From NCBI RefSeq assembly GCF_009914755.1, contig NC_060939.1: a stretch of 64,000 bases of DNA. The stretch is one strand, 5' to 3'. The notes below the pieces were generated by a model. That model saw nothing but the letters and a program-made list of their open reading frames with translations, made no database searches and was not told where the DNA came from. Position numbers and translations under genes: made by a program. Numbering within the stretch: the first letter of the stretch is position 1; every line of letters starts with the position of its first letter. This stretch comes from the human T2T-CHM13v2.0 reference genome, Homo sapiens. Below, in pieces: positions 25,001-38,600 of this stretch.

Positions 25001-26697
25001 TCAAAACTGCTCTGTCAAAAGATAGGTTCAACTCTGTTAGTTGAGTACACACATGGCAAACAAGATTGCGAGAATGCTTTCGTCTAGTTTTTTTGGGAAG
25101 ATATTTCCTTCTTCACCATAGGCCTCAAAGCGCTCCAAATATCCATTTCCACATGCTATACAAAGAGTGTCTCAAACCTGCTGTATGAATGGGAATGTTC
25201 AACTCTATGAGTTGAATGCAAACATCACAAAGAAGTTTCTGAGAATGCTGCTGTCTAGATTTTATATGAAGGTTTTCCCGCTTCCAACGAAATTTTCAAT
25301 GCTCTCAAAATATCCTCTTGTAGATTCTACAAAAAGAGTGTTTCCAAACTGCTGTATCAAAACAAAGGTTCATCTCTGTTAGTTGAGGACACACATCACA
25401 AATAAGTTTCTGAGAATGCTTCTGTCTAGTTCTTATTTGAAGACATTTCCTTTCTCACCTTAGGCCTGAAAACGCTCGAAATATCCACTTCCAGATACGA
25501 CAGAAACTGTGATTCAAACCTGCTCTATGAAAGGGAATGTTCAACTAGGTGACTTGAATGCAAACATCACAAAGCAGTTTCTGAGAATGCTGCTGTCTAC
25601 TTTCTATTTGTAATCCCGTTTCCAACGAAATCCTCAGAACTATCGAAATTTCCAATTGCAGATTCCACAGAAACAGGGTTTCAAAGCTGCTCTGTAAAAA
25701 GAAAGGTTCAACTCTGTTAGTTGAATACACACGTCACAAACAAGTTTCTGAGAATGCTTCTGTCTAGTTTTTATGGGAAGATATTTCCTTTTTCACCGTA
25801 GGCCTCAAAGCGCTCCAAATGTCCACGTCCACATACTACAAAAAGAGTGTTTCAAACCTGCTGTATGAAAGGGAATGTTCAACTCTATGAGTTGAATGCA
25901 AACATTACAAAGAAGTTTCTGAGAATGCTTCTGTCTAGATTTTATATGAAGATTTTCCCGTTTCCAACGAAATTTTCAATGCTCTCAAAATATCCACTTG
26001 TAGATTCTACAAAAAGAGTGTTTCCAAACTGCTGTGTCAAAAGAAAGGTTCAACTCTGTTAGTTGAGGACACACATCACAAATAAGTTTCTGAGAATGCT
26101 TCTGTCTAGTTCTTATTTGAAGACATTTCCTTTCTCACCTTAGGCCTGAAAACGCTCGAAATATCCACTTCCAGATACGACAGAAACAGTGATTCAAACC
26201 TGCTCTATGAAAGGGAATGTTCAACTAGGTGACTTGAATGCAAACATCACAAAGCAGTTTCTGAGAATGCTGCTGTCTACTTTCTATTTGTAATCCCGTT
26301 TCCAACGAAATCCTCAGAACTATCGAAATTTCCAATTGCAGATTCCACAAAAAGCGTGTTTCAAAGCTGCTCTGTAAAAAGAAAGGTTCAACTCTGTTAG
26401 TTGAATACACACGTCACAAACAAGTTTCTGAGAATGCTTCTGTCTAGTTTTTATGGGAAGATATTTCCTTTTTCACCGTAGGCCTCAAAGCGCTCCAAAT
26501 GTCCACTTCCACATACTACAAAAAGAGTGTTTCAAACCTGCTCTATGATAGGGAATGTTGAAACGTATGAGTTGAATGCAAGCATTACAAAGAGGTTTCT
26601 GAGAATGCTTCTGTCTAGATTTTATATGTAGATATTCCCGTTTCCAACGAAATCCTCAAAGCTATCCAAATATCAACTTGCAGATTCTACAAAAGGA
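19027..26697 (-). repeat. Three tandem 15-mer HORs
   Basis: Anchors at 19027, 21584, 24141, 26698; spacing 2557. Confidence 0.95.
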
Positions 26698-29600
26698 ATG
26701 TTTCCAAAATGCTGTATCCAAACAAAGGTTCAACTCTGTGAATTGAGGGCATACATCACAAAGAAGATTCTGAGAATGCTTCTGTCTAGATTTTATATGA
26801 AAATATTCCCGTTTCCAACGAAATCCTCAAAGCTATCCAAATATCCACTTGCAAATGCCACAAAAAGAGTGTTTCCAAACTGCTCTGTGAAAAGGAAGGT
26901 TCAACTCTGTTAGTTGAGTACACACATCACAAAGAGGTTTCTGAGAATGCTGCTGACTAGTTTTTATTTGAAGATATTTCCCTTTTCACCTTAGGCCTAA
27001 GAGTGCTCGAAATGTCCATTTCCACATACTCCACAAAGTGTGTTTCAAACGTGCTGTATGAAAGGGAATGTTCAACTCTATGAGTTGAATGCAAACATCA
27101 CAAAGAAGATTCTGAGAATGCTTTTGTCTAGATTTTATATGAAGATATTCCCGTGTCCAACGAAATTTTCAAAGGTCTCCAAATATCCATTTGTAGATTC
27201 TACAAAAAGAGTGTTTCCAAACTGCTGTATCAAAACAAAGGTTGAACTCTGTGAGTTGAGGACACACATCACAAATAAGTTTCTGAGAATGCTTCTGTCT
27301 AGTTTTTATTTGAAGATGTTTCCTTTTTCACCATAGGCCTGAAAGCGCTCGAAATGTCCACTTCCAGATAGTACAGAAAGAGTGTTTCAAACCTGCTCTA
27401 TGAACGGGAATGTTCAGCTCTGTGAGTTGAATGCAAACATCACAAAGCAGGTTCTGAGAATGCTTCCGTCTAGATTTTAAATGAGGATATTCCCGTTTCC
27501 AACGAAATCCTCGAAGCTATCCAAATATCCACTTGCAGATTCCACAAAAAGAGTGTTTCAAAACTGCTCTGTCAAAAGATAGGTTCAACTCTGTTAGTTG
27601 AGTACACACATGGCAAACAAGATTGCGAGAATGCTTTCGTCTAGTTTTTTTGGGAAGATATTTCCTTCTTCACCATAGGCCTCAAAGCGCTCCAAATATC
27701 CATTTCCACATGCTATACAAAGAGTGTCTCAAACCTGCTGTATGAATGGGAATGTTCAACTCTATGAGTTGAATGCAAACATCACAAAGAAGTTTCTGAG
27801 AATGCTGCTGTCTAGATTTTATATGAAGGTTTTCCCGCTTCCAACGAAATTTTCAATGCTCTCAAAATATCCTCTTGTAGATTCTACAAAAAGAGTGTTT
27901 CCAAACTGCTGTATCAAAACAAAGGTTCATCTCTGTTAGTTGAGGACACACATCACAAATAAGTTTCTGAGAATGCTTCTGTCTAGTTCTTATTTGAAGA
28001 CATTTCCTTTCTCACCTTAGGCCTGAAAGCGCTCGAAATACCCACTTCCAGATACTACAGAAACAGTGATTCAAACCTGCTCTATGAAAGGGAATGTTCA
28101 ACTATGTGACTTGAATGCAAACATCACAAAGCAGTTTCTGAGAATGCTGCTGTCTACTTTCTATTTGTAATCCCGTTTCCAACGAAATCCTCAGAACTAT
28201 CGAAATTTCCAATTGCAGATTCCACAGAAACAGGGTTTCAAAGCTGCTCTGTAAAAAGAAAGGTTCAACTCTGTTAGTTGAATACACACGTCACAAACAA
28301 GTTTCTGAGAATGCTTCTGTCTAGTTTTTATGGGAAGATATTTCCTTTTTCACCGTAGGCCTCAAAGCGCTCCAAATGTCCACTTCCACATACTACAAAA
28401 AGAGTGTTTCAAACCTGCTCTATGATAGGGAATGTTGAAACCTATGAGTTGAATGCAAGCATTACAAAGAGGTTTCTGAGAATGCTTCTGTCTAGATTTT
28501 ATATGTAGATATTCCCGTTTCCAACGAAATCCTCAAAGCTATCCAAATATCAACTTGCAGATTCTACAAAAGGAATGTTTCCAAAATGCTGTATCCAAAC
28601 AAAGGTTCAACTCTGTGAATTGAGGGCATACATCACAAAGAAGATTCTGAGAATGCTTCTGTCTAGATTTTATATGAAAATATTCCCGTTTCCAACGAAA
28701 TCCTCAAAGCTATCCAAATATCCACTTGCAAATGCCACAAAAAGAGTGTTTCCAAACTGCTCTGTGAAAAGGAAGGTTCAACTCTGTTAGTTGAGTACAC
28801 ACATCACAAAGAGGTTTCTGAGAATGCTGCTGACTAGTTTTTATTTGAAGATATTTCCCTTTTCACCTTAGGCCTAAGAGTGCTCGAAATGTCCATTTCC
28901 ACATACTCCACAAAGTGTGTTTCAAACGTGCTGTATGAAAGGGAATGTTCAACTCTATGAGTTGAATGCAAACATCACAAAGAAGATTCTGAGAATGCTT
29001 TTGTCTAGATTTTATATGAAGATATTCCCGTGTCCAACGAAATTTTCAAAGGTCTCCAAATAAAGATTGTTTCCAAACTGCTGTATCAAAACAAAGGTTG
29101 AACTCTGTGAGTTGAGGACACACATCACAAATAAGTTTCTGAGAATGCTTCTGTCTAGTTTTTATTTGAAGATGTTTCCTTTTTCACCATAGGCCTGAAA
29201 GCGCTCGAAATGTCCACTTCCAGATAGTACAGAAAGAGTGTTTCAAACCTGCTCTATGAACGGGAATGTTCAGCTCTGTGAGTTGAATGCAAACATCACA
29301 AAGCAGGTTCTGAGAATGCTTCCGTCTAGATTTTAAATGAGGATATTCCCGTTTCCAACGAAATCCTCGAAGCTATCCAAATATCCACTTGCAGATTCCA
29401 CAAAAAGAGTGTTTCAAAACTGCTCTGTCAAAAGATAGGTTCAACTCTGTTAGTTGAGTACACACATGGCAAACAAGATTGCGAGAATGCTTTCGTCTAG
29501 TTTTTTTGGGAAGATATTTCCTTCTTCACCATAGGCCTCAAAGCGCTCCAAATATCCATTTCCACATGCTATACAAAGAGTGTCTCAAACCTGCTGTATG

Positions 29601-32600
29601 AATGGGAATGTTCAACTCTATGAGTTGAATGCAAACATCACAAAGAAGTTTCTGAGAATGCTTCTGTCTAGATTTTATATGAAGGTTTTCCCGCTTCCAA
29701 CGAAATTTTCAATGCTCTCAAAATATCCTCTTGTAGATTCTACAAAAAGAGTGTTTCCAAACTGCTGTATCAAAACAAAGGTTCATCTCTGTTAGTTGAG
29801 GACACACATCACAAATAAGTTTCTGAGAATGCTTCTGTCTAGTTCTTATTTGAAGACATTTCCTTTCTCACCTTAGGCCTGAAAGCGCTCGAAATACCCA
29901 CTTCCAGATACTACAGAAACAGTGATTCAAACCTGCTCTATGAAAGGGAATGTTCAACTATGTGACTTGAATGCAAACATCACAAAGCAGTTTCTGAGAA
30001 TGCTGCTGTCTACTTTCTATTTGTAATCCCGTTTCCAACGAAATCCTCAGAACTATCGAAATTTCCAATTGCAGATTCCACAGAAACAGGGTTTCAAAGC
30101 TGCTCTGTAAAAAGAAAGGTTCAACTCTGTTAGTTGAATACACACGTCACAAACAAGTTTCTGAGAATGCTTCTGTCTAGTTTTTATGGGAAGATATTTC
30201 CTTTTTCACCGTAGGCCTCAAAGCGCTCCAAATGTCCACTTCCACATACTACAAAAAGAGTGTTTCAAACCTGCTGTATGAAAGGGAATGTTCAACTCTA
30301 TGAGTTGAATGCAAACATTACAAAGAAGTTTCTGAGAATGCTTCTGTCTAGATTTTATATGAAGGTTTTCCCGTTTCCAACGAAATTTTCAATGCTCTCA
30401 AAATATCCACTTGTAGATTCTACAAAAAGAGTGTTTCCAAACTGCTGTGTCAAAAGAAAGGTTCAACTCTGTTAGTTGAGGACACACATCACAAATAAGT
30501 TTCTGAGAATGCTTCTGTCTAGTTCTTATTTGAAGACATTTCCTTTCTCACCTTAGGCCTGAAAACGCTCGAAATATCCACTTCCAGATACGACAGAAAC
30601 AGTGATTCAAACCTGCTCTATGAAAGGGAATGTTCAACTAGGTGACTTGAATGCAAACATCACAAAGCAGTTTCTGAGAATGCTGCTGTCTACTTTCTAT
30701 TTGTAATCCCGTTTCCAACGAAATCCTCAGAACTATCGAAATTTCCAATTGCAGATTCCACAAAAAGCGTGTTTCAAAGCTGCTCTGTAAAAAGAAAGGT
30801 TCAACTCTGTTAGTTGAATACACACGTCACAAACAAGTTTCTGAGAATGCTTCTGTCTAGTTTTTATGGGAAGATATTTCCTTTTTCACCGTAGGCCTCA
30901 AAGCGCTCCAAATGTCCACTTCCACATACTACAAAAAGAGTGTTTCAAACCTGCTCTATGATAGGGAATGTTGAAACGTATGAGTTGAATGCAAGCATTA
31001 CAAAGAGGTTTCTGAGAATGCTTCTGTCTAGATTTTATATGTAGATATTCCCGTTTCCAACGAAATCCTCAAAGCTATCCAAATATCAACTTGCAGATTC
31101 TACAAAAGGAATGTTTCCAAAATGCTGTATCCAAACAAAGGTTCAACTCTGTGAATTGAGGGCATACATCACAAAGAAGATTCTGAGAATGCTTCTGTCT
31201 AGATTTTATATGAAAATATTCCCGTTTCCAACGAAATCCTCAAAGCTATCCAAATATCCACTTGCAAATGCCACAAAAAGAGTGTTTCCAAACTGCTCTG
31301 TGAAAAGGAAGGTTCAACTCTGTTAGTTGAGTACACACATCACAAAGAGGTTTCTGAGAATGCTGCTGACTAGTTTTTATTTGAAGATATTTCCCTTTTC
31401 ACCTTAGGCCTAAGAGTGCTCGAAATGTCCATTTCCACATACTCCACAAAGTGTGTTTCAAACGTGCTGTATGAAAGGGAATGTTCAACTCTATGAGTTG
31501 AATGCAAACATCACAAAGAAGATTCTGAGAATGCTTTTGTCTAGATTTTATATGAAGATATTCCCGTGTCCAACGAAATTTTCAAAGGTCTCCAAATATC
31601 CATTTGTAGATTCTACAAAAAGAGTGTTTCCAAACTGCTGTATCAAAACAAAGGTTGAACTCTGTGAGTTGAGGACACACATCACAAATAAGTTTCTGAG
31701 AATGCTTCTGTCTAGTTTTTATTTGAAGATGTTTCCTTTTTCACCATAGGCCTGAAAGCGCTCGAAATGTCCACTTCCAGATAGTACAGAAAGAGTGTTT
31801 CAAACCTGCTCTATGAACGGGAATGTTCAGCTCTGTGAGTTGAATGCAAACATCACAAAGCAGGTTCTGAGAATGCTTCCGTCTAGATTTTAAATGAGGA
31901 TATTCCCGTTTCCAACGAAATCCTCGAAGCTATCCAAATATCCACTTGCAGATTCCACAAAAAGAGTGTTTCAAAACTGCTCTGTCAAAAGATAGGTTCA
32001 ACTCTGTTAGTTGAGTACACACATGGCAAACAAGATTGCGAGAATGCTTTCGTCTAGTTTTTTTGGGAAGATATTTCCTTCTTCACCATAGGCCTCAAAG
32101 CGCTCCAAATATCCATTTCCACATGCTATACAAAGAGTGTCTCAAACCTGCTGTATGAATGGGAATGTTCAACTCTATGAGTTGAATGCAAACATCACAA
32201 AGAAGTTTCTGAGAATGCTGCTGTCTAGATTTTATATGAAGGTTTTCCCGCTTCCAACGAAATTTTCAATGCTCTCAAAATATCCTCTTGTAGATTCTAC
32301 AAAAAGAGTGTTTCCAAACTGCTGTATCAAAACAAAGGTTCATCTCTGTTAGTTGAGGACACACATCACAAATAAGTTTCTGAGAATGCTTCTGTCTAGT
32401 TCTTATTTGAAGACATTTCCTTTCTCACCTTAGGCCTGAAAACGCTCGAAATATCCACTTCCAGATACGACAGAAACTGTGATTCAAACCTGCTCTGTGA
32501 AAGGGAATGTTCAACTAGGTGACTTGAATGCAAACATCACAAAGCAGTTTCTGAGAATGCTGCTGTCTACTTTCTATTTGTAATCCCGTTTCCAACGAAA

Positions 32601-35600
32601 TCCTCAGAACTATCGAAATTTCCAATTGCAGATTCCACAGAAACAGGGTTTCAAAGCTGCTCTGTAAAAAGAAAGGTTCAACTCTGTTAGTTGAATACAC
32701 ACGTCACAAACAAGTTTCTGAGAATGCTTCTGTCTAGTTTTTATGGGAAGATATTTCCTTTTTCACCGTAGGCCTCAAAGCGCTCCAAATGTCCACTTCC
32801 ACATACTACAAAAAGAGTGTTTCAAACCTGCTGTATGAAAGGGAATGTTCAACTCTATGAGTTGAATGCAAACATTACAAAGAAGTTTCTGAGAATGCTT
32901 CTGTCTAGATTTTATATGAAGGTTTTCCCGTTTCCAACGAAATTTTCAATGCTCTCAAAATATCCACTTGTAGATTCTACAAAAAGAGTGTTTCCAAACT
33001 GCTGTGTCAAAAGAAAGGTTCAACTCTGTTAGTTGAGGACACACATCACAAATAAGTTTCTGAGAATGCTTCTGTCTAGTTCTTATTTGAAGACATTTCC
33101 TTTCTCACCTTAGGCCTGAAAACGCTCGAAATATCCACTTCCAGATACGACAGAAACAGTGATTCAAACCTGCTCTATGAAAGGGAATGTTCAACTAGGT
33201 GACTTGAATGCAAACATCACAAAGCAGTTTCTGAGAATGCTGCTGTCTACTTTCTATTTGTAATCCCGTTTCCAACGAAATCCTCAGAACTATCGAAATT
33301 TCCAATTGCAGATTCCACAAAAAGCGTGTTTCAAAGCTGCTCTGTAAAAAGAAAGGTTCAACTCTGTTAGTTGAATACACACGTCACAAACAAGTTTCTG
33401 AGAATGCTTCTGTCTAGTTTTTATGGGAAGATATTTCCTTTTTCACCGTAGGCCTCAAAGCGCTCCAAATGTCCACTTCCACATACTACAAAAAGAGTGT
33501 TTCAAACCTGCTCTATGATAGGGAATGTTGAAACCTATGAGTTGAATGCAAGCATTACAAAGAGGTTTCTGAGAATGCTTCTGTCTAGATTTTATATGTA
33601 GATATTCCCGTTTCCAACGAAATCCTCAAAGCTATCCAAATATCAACTTGCAGATTCTACAAAAGGAATGTTTCCAAAATGCTGTATCCAAACAAAGGTT
33701 CAACTCTGTGAATTGAGGGCATACATCACAAAGAAGATTCTGAGAATGCTTCTGTCTAGATTTTATATGAAAATATTCCCGTTTCCAACGAAATCCTCAA
33801 AGCTATCCAAATATCCACTTGCAAATGCCACAAAAAGAGTGTTTCCAAACTGCTCTGTGAAAAGGAAGGTTCAACTCTGTTAGTTGAGTACACACATCAC
33901 AAAGAGGTTTCTGAGAATGCTGCTGACTAGTTTTTATTTGAAGATATTTCCCTTTTCACCTTAGGCCTAAGAGTGCTCGAAATGTCCATTTCCACATACT
34001 CCACAAAGTGTGTTTCAAACGTGCTGTATGAAAGGGAATGTTCAACTCTATGAGTTGAATGCAAACATCACAAAGAAGATTCTGAGAATGCTTTTGTCTA
34101 GATTTTATATGAAGATATTCCCGTGTCCAACGAAATTTTCAAAGGTCTCCAAATATCCATTTGTAGATTCTACAAAAAGAGTGTTTCCAAACTGCTGTAT
34201 CAAAACAAAGGTTGAACTCTGTGAGTTGAGGACACACATCACAAATAAGTTTCTGAGAATGCTTCTGTCTAGTTTTTATTTGAAGATGTTTCCTTTTTCA
34301 CCATAGGCCTGAAAGCGCTCGAAATGTCCACTTCCAGATAGTACAGAAAGAGTGTTTCAAACCTGCTCTATGAACGGGAATGTTCAGCTCTGTGAGTTGA
34401 ATGCAAACATCACAAAGCAGGTTCTGAGAATGCTTCCGTCTAGATTTTAAATGAGGATATTCCCGTTTCCAACGAAATCCTCGAAGCTATCCAAATATCC
34501 ACTTGCAGATTCCACAAAAAGAGTGTTTCAAAACTGCTCTGTCAAAAGATAGGTTCAACTCTGTTAGTTGAGTACACACATGGCAAACAAGATTGCGAGA
34601 ATGCTTTCGTCTAGTTTTTTTGGGAAGATATTTCCTTCTTCACCATAGGCCTCAAAGCGCTCCAAATATCCATTTCCACATGCTATACAAAGAGTGTCTC
34701 AAACCTGCTGTATGAATGGGAATGTTCAACTCTATGAGTTGAATGCAAACATCACAAAGAAGTTTCTGAGAATGCTGCTGTCTAGATTTTATATGAAGGT
34801 TTTCCCGCTTCCAACGAAATTTTCAATGCTCTCAAAATATCCTCTTGTAGATTCTACAAAAAGAGTGTTTCCAAACTGCTGTATCAAAACAAAGGTTCAT
34901 CTCTGTTAGTTGAGGACACACATCACAAATAAGTTTCTGAGAATGCTTCTGTCTAGTTCTTATTTGAAGACATTTCCTTTCTCACCTTAGGCCTGAAAGC
35001 GCTCGAAATACCCACTTCCAGATACTACAGAAACAGTGATTCAAACCTGCTCTATGAAAGGGAATGTTCAACTATGTGACTTGAATGCAAACATCACAAA
35101 GCAGTTTCTGAGAATGCTGCTGTCTACTTTCTATTTGTAATCCCGTTTCCAACGAAATCCTCAGAACTATCGAAATTTCCAATTGCAGATTCCACAGAAA
35201 CAGGGTTTCAAAGCTGCTCTGTAAAAAGAAAGGTTCAACTCTGTTAGTTGAATACACACGTCACAAACAAGTTTCTGAGAATGCTTCTGTCTAGTTTTTA
35301 TGGGAAGATATTTCCTTTTTCACCGTAGGCCTCAAAGCGCTCCAAATGTCCACTTCCACATACTACAAAAAGAGTGTTTCAAACCTGCTCTATGATAGGG
35401 AATGTTGAAACCTATGAGTTGAATGCAAGCATTACAAAGAGGTTTCTGAGAATGCTTCTGTCTAGATTTTATATGTAGATATTCCCGTTTCCAACGAAAT
35501 CCTCAAAGCTATCCAAATATCAACTTGCAGATTCTACAAAAGGAATGTTTCCAAAATGCTGTATCCAAACAAAGGTTCAACTCTGTGAATTGAGGGCATA

Positions 35601-38600
35601 CATCACAAAGAAGATTCTGAGAATGCTTCTGTCTAGATTTTATATGAAAATATTCCCGTTTCCAACGAAATCCTCAAAGCTATCCAAATATCCACTTGCA
35701 AATGCCACAAAAAGAGTGTTTCCAAACTGCTCTGTGAAAAGGAAGGTTCAACTCTGTTAGTTGAGTACACACATCACAAAGAGGTTTCTGAGAATGCTGC
35801 TGACTAGTTTTTATTTGAAGATATTTCCCTTTTCACCTTAGGCCTAAGAGTGCTCGAAATGTCCATTTCCACATACTCCACAAAGTGTGTTTCAAACGTG
35901 CTGTATGAAAGGGAATGTTCAACTCTATGAGTTGAATGCAAACATCACAAAGAAGATTCTGAGAATGCTTTTGTCTAGATTTTATATGAAGATATTCCCG
36001 TGTCCAACGAAATTTTCAAAGGTCTCCAAATAAAGATTGTTTCCAAACTGCTGTATCAAAACAAAGGTTGAACTCTGTGAGTTGAGGACACACATCACAA
36101 ATAAGTTTCTGAGAATGCTTCTGTCTAGTTTTTATTTGAAGATGTTTCCTTTTTCACCATAGGCCTGAAAGCGCTCGAAATGTCCACTTCCAGATAGTAC
36201 AGAAAGAGTGTTTCAAACCTGCTCTATGAACGGGAATGTTCAGCTCTGTGAGTTGAATGCAAACATCACAAAGCAGGTTCTGAGAATGCTTCCGTCTAGA
36301 TTTTAAATGAGGATATTCCCGTTTCCAACGAAATCCTCGAAGCTATCCAAATATCCACTTGCAGATTCCACAAAAAGAGTGTTTCAAAACTGCTCTGTCA
36401 AAAGATAGGTTCAACTCTGTTAGTTGAGTACACACATGGCAAACAAGATTGCGAGAATGCTTTCGTCTAGTTTTTTTGGGAAGATATTTCCTTCTTCACC
36501 ATAGGCCTCAAAGCGCTCCAAATATCCATTTCCACATGCTATACAAAGAGTGTCTCAAACCTGCTGTATGAATGGGAATGTTCAACTCTATGAGTTGAAT
36601 GCAAACATCACAAAGAAGTTTCTGAGAATGCTTCTGTCTAGATTTTATATGAAGGTTTTCCCGCTTCCAACGAAATTTTCAATGCTCTCAAAATATCCTC
36701 TTGTAGATTCTACAAAAAGAGTGTTTCCAAACTGCTGTATCAAAACAAAGGTTCATCTCTGTTAGTTGAGGACACACATCACAAATAAGTTTCTGAGAAT
36801 GCTTCTGTCTAGTTCTTATTTGAAGACATTTCCTTTCTCACCTTAGGCCTGAAAGCGCTCGAAATACCCACTTCCAGATACTACAGAAACAGTGATTCAA
36901 ACCTGCTCTATGAAAGGGAATGTTCAACTATGTGACTTGAATGCAAACATCACAAAGCAGTTTCTGAGAATGCTGCTGTCTACTTTCTATTTGTAATCCC
37001 GTTTCCAACGAAATCCTCAGAACTATCGAAATTTCCAATTGCAGATTCCACAGAAACAGGGTTTCAAAGCTGCTCTGTAAAAAGAAAGGTTCAACTCTGT
37101 TAGTTGAATACACACGTCACAAACAAGTTTCTGAGAATGCTTCTGTCTAGTTTTTATGGGAAGATATTTCCTTTTTCACCGTAGGCCTCAAAGCGCTCCA
37201 AATGTCCACTTCCACATACTACAAAAAGAGTGTTTCAAACCTGCTGTATGAAAGGGAATGTTCAACTCTATGAGTTGAATGCAAACATTACAAAGAAGTT
37301 TCTGAGAATGCTTCTGTCTAGATTTTATATGAAGGTTTTCCCGTTTCCAACGAAATTTTCAATGCTCTCAAAATATCCACTTGTAGATTCTACAAAAAGA
37401 GTGTTTCCAAACTGCTGTGTCAAAAGAAAGGTTCAACTCTGTTAGTTGAGGACACACATCACAAATAAGTTTCTGAGAATGCTTCTGTCTAGTTCTTATT
37501 TGAAGACATTTCCTTTCTCACCTTAGGCCTGAAAACGCTCGAAATATCCACTTCCAGATACGACAGAAACAGTGATTCAAACCTGCTCTATGAAAGGGAA
37601 TGTTCAACTAGGTGACTTGAATGCAAACATCACAAAGCAGTTTCTGAGAATGCTGCTGTCTACTTTCTATTTGTAATCCCGTTTCCAACGAAATCCTCAG
37701 AACTATCGAAATTTCCAATTGCAGATTCCACAAAAAGCGTGTTTCAAAGCTGCTCTGTAAAAAGAAAGGTTCAACTCTGTTAGTTGAATACACACGTCAC
37801 AAACAAGTTTCTGAGAATGCTTCTGTCTAGTTTTTATGGGAAGATATTTCCTTTTTCACCGTAGGCCTCAAAGCGCTCCAAATGTCCACTTCCACATACT
37901 ACAAAAAGAGTGTTTCAAACCTGCTCTATGATAGGGAATGTTGAAACCTATGAGTTGAATGCAAGCATTACAAAGAGGTTTCTGAGAATGCTTCTGTCTA
38001 GATTTTATATGTAGATATTCCCGTTTCCAACGAAATCCTCAAAGCTATCCAAATATCAACTTGCAGATTCTACAAAAGGAATGTTTCCAAAATGCTGTAT
38101 CCAAACAAAGGTTCAACTCTGTGAATTGAGGGCATACATCACAAAGAAGATTCTGAGAATGCTTCTGTCTAGATTTTATATGAAAATATTCCCGTTTCCA
38201 ACGAAATCCTCAAAGCTATCCAAATATCCACTTGCAAATGCCACAAAAAGAGTGTTTCCAAACTGCTCTGTGAAAAGGAAGGTTCAACTCTGTTAGTTGA
38301 GTACACACATCACAAAGAGGTTTCTGAGAATGCTGCTGACTAGTTTTTATTTGAAGATATTTCCCTTTTCACCTTAGGCCTAAGAGTGCTCGAAATGTCC
38401 ATTTCCACATACTCCACAAAGTGTGTTTCAAACGTGCTGTATGAAAGGGAATGTTCAACTCTATGAGTTGAATGCAAACATCACAAAGAAGATTCTGAGA
38501 ATGCTTTTGTCTAGATTTTATATGAAGATATTCCCGTGTCCAACGAAATTTTCAAAGGTCTCCAAATATCCATTTGTAGATTCTACAAAAAGAGTGTTTC

